Origin: Dehalococcoidia bacterium
GTDB lineage: Bacteria; Chloroflexota; Dehalococcoidia; Bin125
Assembly (NCBI GenBank): GCA_963663235.2
Contig: CAXXNO010000012.1
Span: 320,001 to 384,000 of the forward strand
Length of the DNA stretch: 64,000 nt
Direction of reading: 5' to 3'
Shown here: positions 31,918-41,148 of the stretch, piece after piece
How positions within the stretch are numbered: position 1 is the first letter of the stretch
How the letters are laid out: every line of letters begins with the position of its first letter
Program-made: the position numbers and the translations under genes
The notes under the pieces: model-generated
The model's database searches: none
What the model was told of the DNA's origin: nothing
Seen by the model: the letters and a program-made list of their open reading frames with translations, nothing else

Positions 31918-32172
31918 ATGCTCACCGATGAACGTCACGCTGGCGAAGAAGGAGTCATCCGCAGCGACATCGCCGAGATGATCGACCGCGCTGCGGCCAT
32001 GGCCGTGTACGCCTTTAACGCCGTCACCCGCGCAGCCGAGAGCGACGCCAGCGGCCGCCACGTCCCCGAGGCGCTCGCCGAACGGCTCGCCGAGCAGACC
32101 TACACCGACGTGCTCCGATACTCGCTCGACGAGTGCTCCTGCTCCTGTCACCAGGACCATCCCGAAGAGTAG
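31918..32172 (+). CDS. Small hypothetical protein
   Basis: GAGG RBS, host-like codon usage and a CSCSCH tail; no family recognised. Confidence 0.4.
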   Translation: MLTDERHAGEEGVIRSDIAEMIDRAAAMAVYAFNAVTRAAESDASGRHVPEALAERLAEQTYTDVLRYSLDECSCSCHQDHPEE

Positions 32173-32276
32173 CCCCAGAGACCAGCCACAGCCCCGCCCC
32201 CTCCCTCTGCTATCCTGGGCGCCGCGAGCGCGCCTTCACCAACGCCCGCCGCCTCCCGCTCAGGAAGGGACCGACC

Positions 32277-32921
32277 ATGACCACCCAGCAATCCGTCGTC
32301 ACGCCCGAGCGCTATGCCCAGGGCCGCACCTGGGACGAATACCTCGATTACGTCGGCACGCCCGAAAACCTCGCCCGCAACATGCCCAACGGCAAGCCGC
32401 GCGACGACAACAGCGAGCGCATGCGCCGCAACGAGCGCGAGACCGCCCTCAAGCCCGAGCACGTCCAGGCCCTCCGCGCCCTCCCCAAACTTAGAGTCCT
32501 CGCCCTGGGCGAGGACTGGTGCCCCGATGTCTTTCGCGGCATGCCGGTCGTCGCCAAGCTCTGCGAAGCCGCCGGCTGGGAGCTCCGCATCTTCCCGCGC
32601 GACGACAACAACGGCGACATCATGGCCGAGTTCCTCAACAAGAAAGACGGTAACGAGTACCAGTCCATCCCCGTCATCGTCCTCTACACCCAGGACCTCG
32701 GCTACATCGGCCACTGGATCGAGCGGCCCGCCATCGCCAACGACTATTACGAGCGCCTGCAAAAGACCTTCACCCGACGCGAGGACGAGTCCGAGGACCA
32801 GATGAAGGCCCGCATCCGCCAGGCCTACAGCGCCATCCAGACCTCCGACGACTGGGCCGACTGGCGCCACGAGTCCGTCCGCGAAATCCTGGCCATCGCC
32901 AAGCAAGCGCCCGGCGCCTAG
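32277..32921 (+). CDS. Thioredoxin-family protein
   Basis: VLALGEDWCPDV, SIPVIV and WIERP. Confidence 0.82.
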   Translation: MTTQQSVVTPERYAQGRTWDEYLDYVGTPENLARNMPNGKPRDDNSERMRRNERETALKPEHVQALRALPKLRVLALGEDWCPDVFRGMPVVAKLCEAAGWELRIFPRDDNNGDIMAEFLNKKDGNEYQSIPVIVLYTQDLGYIGHWIERPAIANDYYERLQKTFTRREDESEDQMKARIRQAYSAIQTSDDWADWRHESVREILAIAKQAPGA

Positions 32922-32934
32922 CCAGACCCGGCCC

Positions 32935-34323
32935 ATGATCTTCGACTGCGTCGTCCGCGGTGGCCTCGTCGCCACCGCGAGCGAGGCCTTCCCCGCCGAC
33001 GTCGGCATCCGCGACGGCGTCATCACCGCCATCGGCTCCGGCCTCCCGCCCGCCGATCACGAAATCGACGCCGCCAACCACGTCGTCGTCCCCGGCGCAA
33101 TCGACGTGCACACCCACGTCGCCCAGACCTACGACTGGGTCGACGCCGACATATCCGACGACTACGAGAGCGGCACCCGCGCCGCCGCCGCCGCCGGCAT
33201 CACCACCATCCTCAACTTCGCCTTCCAGGAAAAAGGCCAACCGCTCCGCGCCGCCGTCGACGCCGAGCTCCAGAAGGCGGAGGGCCGCGCCCACGTCGAC
33301 TTCGGCCTCCACATCGTCGTCACCGATCTCAGCGTTCCCGGCGTCCTCGACGAGCTCGCCCCCCTGGCCGCCGACGGCGTCGCCAGCGTCAAGATCTTCA
33401 CCGTCACAACCTCCATCGGCCTCAACGACGCCGACACCCTGCGCGTCCTCCAGGCCTGCGCCGGCCTCGGCCTCCTCGTCAGCGTCCACGCCGAAGACGA
33501 AGCGCTCATCGCTCACCTCACCGACCGCCTCCTCGCCGGCGGCCGCACCACGGTCGACAACTTCCCCCACTCCCGCCCGCCGATCACGGAAGCGCTCGCC
33601 ACTGCGCGCGTCGCCGCCTACGCCCGCACGCTCGACTGCCCCGTCTACTTCGTGCACCTCTCCTCGCGCGCCGCCCTCGACGCCGTCCGCGACGCCCGAT
33701 CGCACGGCGCCACGATCTACGTCGAGACCCGCCCCACCTACCTCTACCTCGATGAGAGCCGCTACGCCCTACCCGACGGCGAGGGCGGCAAGTACGTCTG
33801 CCTGCCCCCGCTCCGCTCCCTCGACGACCAGCAGGCGCTCTGGGACGGCCTCCGCAACGGCGAGATCCAGACCTACGCCACCGACCACTCGCCCTGGCCC
33901 GCCGCGCTCAAGACCGACACGGCCAAGCCCTTCACCGAGATCCCCGCCGGCATCGCCAACCTCGGGACCTCCATCGGCATGCTCTACGCCGAAGGCGTCG
34001 CCAAGGGCCGCATCTCGCTGGGCCGTTTCGTCGACCTCACCGCCACCAACCCGGCGAAACTGTTCGGCCTCTGGCCGCGCAAGGGCGCGATCGCCGTCGG
34101 CGCCGACGCCGACCTCGTCCTCATCGACCCCAACCGCCGCCACCGCCCCACCGCCGCAGGCATGCAGTCCCGCGTCGACTACGAGCCCTACGAAGGCTTC
34201 GACTGCCTCGGCTGGCCCGTGCTCACCCTCTCCCGCGGCGACGTCGTCTACCAAGACGGCGCAATCCGCAGCGCCCCCGGCCGCGGCCGCTTCCTCCCCC
34301 GCACCCCCCACCAGCCCTTGTAG
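32935..34323 (+). CDS. Dihydropyrimidinase / D-hydantoinase family cyclic amidohydrolase
   Basis: PGAIDVHTH, GTRAAAAAGITT, VHAED, YFVHLS, ATDH and NPAKLFGLWPRKGAIAVGADAD. Confidence 0.9.
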   Translation: MIFDCVVRGGLVATASEAFPADVGIRDGVITAIGSGLPPADHEIDAANHVVVPGAIDVHTHVAQTYDWVDADISDDYESGTRAAAAAGITTILNFAFQEKGQPLRAAVDAELQKAEGRAHVDFGLHIVVTDLSVPGVLDELAPLAADGVASVKIFTVTTSIGLNDADTLRVLQACAGLGLLVSVHAEDEALIAHLTDRLLAGGRTTVDNFPHSRPPITEALATARVAAYARTLDCPVYFVHLSSRAALDAVRDARSHGATIYVETRPTYLYLDESRYALPDGEGGKYVCLPPLRSLDDQQALWDGLRNGEIQTYATDHSPWPAALKTDTAKPFTEIPAGIANLGTSIGMLYAEGVAKGRISLGRFVDLTATNPAKLFGLWPRKGAIAVGADADLVLIDPNRRHRPTAAGMQSRVDYEPYEGFDCLGWPVLTLSRGDVVYQDGAIRSAPGRGRFLPRTPHQPL

Positions 34324-34408
34324 CTCGCGGCGAGACTATATCCCTCCACCCCAAGCGCGACTCTTCGGACATCTCGCTTGATACCATCGTCCGAGAAGTC
34401 AGGGTGGC

Positions 34409-37174
34409 ATGAGTCCAGTTGCCGAGATTCTTGGAGCCGCGGCGGTTCGATTCGCCGTCACGCTTGCGGCTCGTCGCTTCCGCGACTACCGGAAGCGTAG
34501 ACAGTTGAAGCGCGCGTATCTGCGCGCGGCAGAAGCAACAATCACCCACTGCGAAACTGTCGGACATCCGCCACGCTCGCCCGTCTGGAACGCCGTCTCA
34601 AGCCTGCTCGGAACCGTCGACAACGCGGAGACGATCGCCAGTTGGTACGCGAACCACGCAATCAATCCTCGCGAGGCCGCCACTCTCACCGCAAGCGATC
34701 CGAATGTCGCGCAACTCCTCCAGTATTTCCTCGTCCTGCTCAACCAGCAGCGGCACAAACTGCTCTCGCTCGACCATCAGATCCTCGCCGACCTCATCAC
34801 GACGCGGACCGGCGCGCAGATCACAGAATCCACGAGCACCATCCTTGATGCCATACGCGGGCACGACCCAGCCGCACAGGCGGTGCCCCGCGTAGATCCC
34901 CTGCCCGTCGACGACTACTACACGGTGGAGCGACCCGAGCTCACCGCCATCAAGGAGGCCCTAGCCACCCACCGGATTGCCAAGATCGCCGGACCACCGG
35001 GGGTTGGTAAGAGCACGGTCGCCGTGCACGTCGCGCGCTCGGATTACAGCGGACGCACGCTCTACCTGTCGCTCGACTCCGGCACGTCCGAGAGCCGGCA
35101 AATTAACCTCGCCGGCCAACTACGGGTCGATCCCGGCGAATCACTTCAATCGGCCCTGGCCCACTACGATGGCCTTCTTTTCCTCGACAACATCGAGGAG
35201 CGCGACCGGCCCGAGATCGAACGGCTAATCCCGCGCGGTGGCCCTTGCGTCACCGTCCTTACCGCGCGCGACCAGACCCTGCTGACCTCTCTTCCCGGCG
35301 GCGAATGCAGCCGTCTGGGCGACTTCACCCTCCGGCAAGCACAGGACTGTTTCCGCCACCATCTCTCAGAGCGCTACACAACCATGCAGGACCACGTCGG
35401 AGAAATCATCAGCCTGCTCGGACACCTACCCCTCGCCGTCGACGTCGCCGCGCGCACCCTGAGCGCACGTCCTGAGCTAAGCGCAGCGGATTGGATAGCT
35501 CGTTACGGCCACGATCCCGCCACCATCGCTCAGGATGAAGTGCCTTACGACGCGACGCTTTCCGACGAGGAGATCCGCGCCCACCGAATCGTCGGCCGCA
35601 TCGTCCTCATCGGTTTCGACGGCCTGCCACGTGAAGCGCGCTTGCTACTCGAGGCTCTTACCACCTTTCCCATCGACGACGGTGGGCCGGATCTCCTGAT
35701 CGCACTCACCGCCGCAGTCGATCCCGACGCATCCCGCGATCACTTGCTCCGTCTCCATGAACGCGGCCTCGCGCTGCGAACCGCTCCCTCGGTGATTGGC
35801 GGACACCGTTTCCGCCTGCACCGTCTCACTCGCGCGGCCCTGCAACGGGCGATGCCGGAACCGGATCGCAGCAGCCTCGAGGAACGCCTCATTGCCGTTT
35901 ATGTGGCCTTCGCTGCTTCCTTGGCCTTCTTCGACCCTCCCTCTGCCGGCCATCCCGCAGCAATGGAGGAACGCGCTGCCCTGCAGGAAATCGCGCAGCG
36001 TCTCCTGCAAGCCGGTCGCCCAGAATTGCGCACCTTCACCGCGGCGATCGCCCAGTTCGCGCTGAACACCAATTGGCCAGCCGACCTCCAACGCTCGCTC
36101 TTGGACCGTCAGCTAGACCTACAACGTGAAGCCTCCAACCACCTCGGCGAGGCCAACACCCGCAGAAGCCTCGGCGACCTCGCCCTCCATCAGCAAACGC
36201 TCCCCGACGCCCACGCTCACCACACCGCCGCCCTCACCCTCTATAAAGAGATCGGCGACCGCCTCGGCGAGGCCGAACTCTCGTAAGACCTCCAAGCCTC
36301 GGCGACCTCGCCCTCCGTCAAGACGCCCTCCCCGATGCCCACGCCCACTACACCGCCGCCCTCACCCTCTATAAAGAGATCGGCGACCGCCTCGGCGAGG
36401 CCGCGAGCCTCGGCGCCTCGCCCAACGTCAGGACGCCCTCCCCGAGGCCCACGCCCACTACACCACCGCCCTCACCCTCAGATCGGCGAGCGCCTCGGCG
36501 AGGCCCACGCCCGCAGAGGCCTCGGCGACCTCGCCCGACGTCAGGACGCCCTCCCCGAGGCCCGCGCCCACTACACCGCCGCCCTCACCCTCGCCGAGGC
36601 GATCGGCGAGCGCCTCGGCGAGGCCAACATCCGCAGAGGCCTCGGCGACCTCGCCCTCCGTCAGCAAACCCTCCCCGACGCCCACGCCAACTACACCGCC
36701 GCCCTCACCCTCTATGAGGAGGTCGGCGAGCGCCTCGGTGAAGCCCACACTCTGCTTGGCCTCGCTCGGCATGACTCCATAGCGGGCAAGGTAGACGCAG
36801 AGGGCGGCTTCCGTGCTTCACTGCGAGGACTAATGGATGTCGACGACGCACTCGGCCTCCGGGCAGCCTGGGGCTACTTCGCCGAACACTGTCTGAGAAA
36901 GAACCAACCGCAGGCCGCCCTCCTCGCCTGCGAAGCGAGTCTGCAGGCCCTCCCCGAAAGCGCTGATAGCCATGGCTACGCTATGTCGCTACGCATGCAG
37001 TGCGACGCCTTTGCCCAACTCCAGGAGATCTCCGCGTTCCTCGCCACCACCGAATTGATCGAGGACCGGAACTCGCTAGGGCATCGTCCCAGTGTCTCTG
37101 ATCTCCTCACGAACTCCAAATTGACGCCGGATCAACGGGAAGAGATGCTCGAACTCCTTTCCCAGGCCCAATAG
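34409..37174 (+). pseudogene. STAND (NB-ARC-like) NTPase with TPR array, disrupted in the repeats
   Basis: GPPGVGKS, LLFLDNIE, LTAR, LGHLPLAV and FRLHRL. ~40-aa LGEA...LGDLA..AALTLY repeats; stop at 36284-36286 and frame changes to ~36480. Confidence 0.8.
36139..36760 (+). repeat. About five ~120-bp TPR-coding repeats, middle copies eroded
   Basis: Recurrent cgcctcggcgaggcc / ctcggcgacctcgccc / caccgccgccctcaccctc. Confidence 0.8.
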
Positions 37175-37335
37175 ATAGAGGGCGCGCTGCCGCGCGCCCT
37201 CTATAAAACTAGGGAAGCATTGCCGGACTTCGAGCAGCGCTTCCTTGCCGGCGATCTTGACCTTCCGCCTGGCGACTAGCTTCGCCCTACCTCTCCACGC
37301 TCCTCTTCCACCCCCTCTTACTCCGCCTTTCGCGA

Positions 37336-37364
37336 TTGACAACCCGCGCTTCGCGTGTCACACT
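37336..37364 (+). promoter_or_regulatory. Putative sigma70 promoter for the terminase genes
   Basis: TTGACA-17-CACACT with a TG extension, plus a TGACA/TGTCA inverted repeat. Confidence 0.45.
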
Positions 37365-37371
37365 GGACCCC

Positions 37372-38082
37372 TTGGACAGAGCGCATGTTCTCACAGATGG
37401 CCTGCCCGACAAACGCCCCGGCTCCCCTTCGCCCAGCGGAAGAGCCCGTGGTGAGATTGTCGAACCCGCCCGGCCCGTCCTTCGCGGAGCGGAAGGACCC
37501 GACCCGGCCATCGCCGTCCGCCTCGATCAGGTCGAGTCCCTCCACCACCGCGGCTGGAGTCACCGCCGCATCGCCGCCGACCTCGCCGTCTCCGAGCGCA
37601 CCGTCCGCCGCGACCTCCGCCGCCTCGAGGCCCTCTGGCTGGACCGCCTCGCCCAACGCGTCGCCCACGAGCGCGCCCACTCCATCGGCGTCTACCGCGA
37701 GGTCCAGTCCCTCATGTGGAAGGTGATCGACCGTATGTCCGACGCCGACGACCACAAGTCCATCGCCGCCGCCGCCCGCACCATCGTCGCCGCCGCCCGC
37801 GACGGCAAATCCTCCGTCCGCGACCTCTTCGCGGAGTTCACCGACGCCGAGCTCGACGGCACCGACGACCCCTTCGCTGCTCTCGCCCAGGGCGACGAAA
37901 ACTCCCCCTCCCACGCCGCCCTCGACTTCGACGACGATCCGGACAGCGAAGAGCCCGTCCTGAGCGAAGCCCGCACTGAGCTAAGTCGAAGGGTCGAAGG
38001 GCCTGAAACCCCTGCAGATCCCGACGCTTTCAGCGATCCCGACCCTGTCCGCACCCCTGACCGCTCCCCGTCCCAAGCGTGA
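37372..38082 (+). CDS. HTH protein, putative terminase small subunit (start uncertain)
   Basis: GWSHRRIAADLAVSERTVRRDL; GTGA overlap with terL; in-frame palindromic repeat at 37955-38001. Confidence 0.6.
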   Translation: MDRAHVLTDGLPDKRPGSPSPSGRARGEIVEPARPVLRGAEGPDPAIAVRLDQVESLHHRGWSHRRIAADLAVSERTVRRDLRRLEALWLDRLAQRVAHERAHSIGVYREVQSLMWKVIDRMSDADDHKSIAAAARTIVAAARDGKSSVRDLFAEFTDAELDGTDDPFAALAQGDENSPSHAALDFDDDPDSEEPVLSEARTELSRRVEGPETPADPDAFSDPDPVRTPDRSPSQA

Positions 38083-39461
38083 CCATCCCTGTCCAATCCG
38101 GTCCGGCCGGACAGCGCCCCCACCGCCTCATCCTCGCCCGCCGCTGGCGCCGCGACCCCGTCGCCTTCGCCCGAGAGGCGCTCGATGTGGATCTCTGGGA
38201 CACCCAGCAGGCCATCGCCCGCGCCGTCCGCGACCATCCCCGCGTCGCCTGTCGCTCCTGCCACGCCGCCGGCAAGACCTTCCTCGCCGCCGCCGTCGTG
38301 CTCTGGTTCCTCTACACCCGCCCCGGCGCCCAGGTGCTCACCACCGCCTCCACCTTCCGCCAGGTCCGCTACGTCCTCTGGCGCACCATCCAAAAGCTCT
38401 TCCACGGTGCCAAGAGCCACCTCCAGGGCGATCTCTTCGAAACCGAACTCCGCCTCGGCCCCAACTGGTACGCCCTCGGCCTCAGCACAGACAACCCCGA
38501 GCGCTTCCAGGGCTTCCACGCCCCCCACGTCCTGGTCCTGGTCGATGAGCCCGGCGCCGTCCCGCCACCCGTCTTTGCCGCCATCGAAGGCGTCCTCGCC
38601 TCCGGCTACACCCGCCTGCTGATGATCGGCAACCCCACCCAATCCAGCGGCCCCTTCTACGACGCCTTCCACAACGATGCCGCCGAGTACCGCACCTTCT
38701 GCATCAGCGCCTTCGACACCCCCAACCTGCGCGAGGGCCACACCGTCCGCCCCTACCTCGTCGCCCCCGATTGGGTCGACCAACGTCGCCGCCTCTGGGG
38801 CGAAGATTCCGACCTCTACCGCTCCCGCGTCCTCGCCGAGTTCCCCCGCGCCGCCGCCGGCCAACTCTTCTCCCTCGCCCTCCTCGACGCCGCCCTCGTC
38901 GACGCCCCACCCGGCATGAGCCGGGTGGCACTAGGAATTGACGTCGCCCGCTTCGGCTCCGACGCCACCGCCCTAAGCCGCATCGAAGACGGCGGCCTCC
39001 GCCACCAGCAGCTCCTCCACGGCCTCGACACCATGGCGGTCACCGGCCATGTCGCCGCCGCCCTCGCGCAGCGGCCCGACCTCCTCCTCGCCGTCGACGA
39101 CACCGGGGTCGGCGGCGGCGTCACCGACCGCCTGCGCGAGCAGGGCTGGGAGCCGCTCGCCGTCAACTTCGGCGCCGCGGCCTCCGAGCGGGCCTACTAC
39201 GCCAACCGCGGCAGCGAGATCTACGCCCGCCTGGCCGCCGCCCTGCGCGACGGCCGCCTCGCCATCGACGCCGCCCTCCCCACCCGCGACACCCTCTTCG
39301 GCCAGCTCGCCCAGGTGCGCGTCGAATACCGCAGCGACGGCCGGCAGCGCGTGCGCAAGCGCGGCCCCGCCGACGCGCAGCCCAGCCCAGACCTCGCCGA
39401 CTCACTGGCCCTCGCTTGGGCCGCCTACGAAGAAGGCACGCAAGGAGCAGGAGTATGGTGA
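38079..39461 (+). CDS. terL: Terminase large subunit
   Basis: DPVAF, RSCHAAGKT (Walker A), VLVDE (Walker B), IGNPT, nuclease GIDVARFGSD and SPDLADSLAL. Confidence 0.9.
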   Translation: MTIPVQSGPAGQRPHRLILARRWRRDPVAFAREALDVDLWDTQQAIARAVRDHPRVACRSCHAAGKTFLAAAVVLWFLYTRPGAQVLTTASTFRQVRYVLWRTIQKLFHGAKSHLQGDLFETELRLGPNWYALGLSTDNPERFQGFHAPHVLVLVDEPGAVPPPVFAAIEGVLASGYTRLLMIGNPTQSSGPFYDAFHNDAAEYRTFCISAFDTPNLREGHTVRPYLVAPDWVDQRRRLWGEDSDLYRSRVLAEFPRAAAGQLFSLALLDAALVDAPPGMSRVALGIDVARFGSDATALSRIEDGGLRHQQLLHGLDTMAVTGHVAAALAQRPDLLLAVDDTGVGGGVTDRLREQGWEPLAVNFGAAASERAYYANRGSEIYARLAAALRDGRLAIDAALPTRDTLFGQLAQVRVEYRSDGRQRVRKRGPADAQPSPDLADSLALAWAAYEEGTQGAGVW

Positions 39462-39730
39462 CCGATCACACCGCCGCCACTTCCGTTCGTCCTGAGCCTG
39501 TCGAAGGGCGAACCATCACCCCACCCGCGCAGCCCCTCGACCGCCCCATCTGCCCCCGCTGCCGCAAGCCCGCCGGCCTCCTGCTCGAGCGGCCCGCCCC
39601 CGCCGACTACAACCCGGTATTTCGCTGTAATGGGCGACGAGGCGGATGTGGATACCTCTGGAGTCCGAAGCAGGTCCCGCACCATCCACCCCGCGTCTCC
39701 GGGCGCGGCCCCGCAACCGCGGACGGCTAA
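39455..39730 (+). CDS. Small zinc-ribbon protein with an in-frame repeat
   Basis: CPRC..C......C; AGGAG RBS; overlaps the terL stop; SVRPEPVEGRT derives from the repeat. Confidence 0.5.
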   Translation: MVTDHTAATSVRPEPVEGRTITPPAQPLDRPICPRCRKPAGLLLERPAPADYNPVFRCNGRRGGCGYLWSPKQVPHHPPRVSGRGPATADG

Positions 39731-39760
39731 CGGGCAGCGCCGCGATCTGCGAAGAGAAAC

Positions 39761-40930
39761 CTAGGCGTGGGCGCTCTCCGCCGTCGGCGCCTCTACCAGT
39801 CGCAGCAACTCCCGCGCCACGTACAACCGCGGCCAAGAGTCCGGCACCGTCTCGACGATCCCCGCATCCACCAGCCGCTCCAAGATCCGGCGGGCCCCGG
39901 CGTTGCTCAGCCCCAGCCGCGACGCCGTCCCCGGCGCCGATGCGAACGGCCGCACGAACAATTCGTCCAGCAACTGCATCGCGTTCGCCGACTCCCGACG
40001 CTCCTGCAGCCGTTCACGATACCGCTCGTACACCTCCCGCACCCCGCGCGACCGCGCCAGCGCGTCCTTCGCCTGCTCGGCCACGCCCTCAAGGAAGAAG
40101 CGCAGCCACGGCGTCCAGTCGCCCGTCGCGCTCACGCTGAGCAGATGGTCGTAGTACGCCTGCCGCCGCCGCTCGAAGTACGCGCTGAGGTACAGCAACG
40201 GTGTCGTCAAGACCCCCTTCGCGATCAAGTACAGCGTGATCAATGCTCGCCCGATGCGACCGTTGCCGTCCTCGAACGGATGGATCGCCTCGAACTGGTA
40301 GTGCATCAGCGCGCACGCCACCAGCGGCGGCAGCCGCTCCGCCTCGTTCACAAAACGTTCCCAGTCGCTCATCAACGCTGGCAACTCCGTGTGTGGCGCC
40401 GGCACGAACCGCGCATTTTGGATCGGCGTCCCCTCGGGCGCGATCCACACCTGATGGGGCCGCCATTCGCCCGGCCTTTTCTCCTCCCCACGCACGCCCC
40501 GCAGCAACTCCGCGTGCATCTCGCGCACCAGCCGGTTGCAGATCGGCAGGCTCTCCAGCAACTCCTGACCCCGCTCGACCGCCCGCACGTAGTTCGCCAC
40601 CTCCCGCGCGTCACCCTGATCCTTCCGCTCCCCCGACGCCTCAAACAGATACAGGTCGGACAGCGACGCCTGCGTCCCCTCGATCCGCGACGACAGCACC
40701 GCCTCCCGGTGCAGGAACGGCCGGATGAGCAGGTGCGGGTTCACCAGCGTCTCCCCTACCCCCGACAGCATCGCCACCGCCCGCGACGCCTCGTCCAGCG
40801 GCAGGATCAATTCGCGGTCGATCTCCAGATCCTGGGGGAGAGGGGCCGGCACGAAAGCCTGCTGCCCCTCGACCGTCGGGACCAACCGTCCAACAGGGCT
40901 ATCTCGGAATTGCGCAGCGTCCACGGTCAA
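39761..40930 (-). CDS. Fic family protein
   Basis: HYQFEAIHPFEDGNGRIGR, EAVLSSRIEGT and a C-terminal HTH-like region. Confidence 0.93.
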   Translation of the reverse strand: MTVDAAQFRDSPVGRLVPTVEGQQAFVPAPLPQDLEIDRELILPLDEASRAVAMLSGVGETLVNPHLLIRPFLHREAVLSSRIEGTQASLSDLYLFEASGERKDQGDAREVANYVRAVERGQELLESLPICNRLVREMHAELLRGVRGEEKRPGEWRPHQVWIAPEGTPIQNARFVPAPHTELPALMSDWERFVNEAERLPPLVACALMHYQFEAIHPFEDGNGRIGRALITLYLIAKGVLTTPLLYLSAYFERRRQAYYDHLLSVSATGDWTPWLRFFLEGVAEQAKDALARSRGVREVYERYRERLQERRESANAMQLLDELFVRPFASAPGTASRLGLSNAGARRILERLVDAGIVETVPDSWPRLYVARELLRLVEAPTAESAHA

Positions 40931-41045
40931 CTCGAAACGCCAGTTTTACTTTCCCGCCAATTAGAAACTATCACGCAAACTAGTATCAACTATCAACGCT
41001 CTGGAAACCCGCGTATCACTCTGCCGCCCGCTCCCGCCCCTCCCC

Positions 41046-41075
41046 TTGACATCAGACACGCTTTACGCGTACTCT
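41046..41075 (+). promoter_or_regulatory. Putative sigma70 promoter for the portal-capsid-tail operon
   Basis: TTGACA-18-TACTCT about 75 bp upstream of the portal start. Confidence 0.45.
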
Positions 41076-41148
41076 AGTTCTAGTTTCAGGGACTCACCCC
41101 GACCAACGACCACGCACTGACGGAATTCTGCGGGACTGACCCCTCGGG

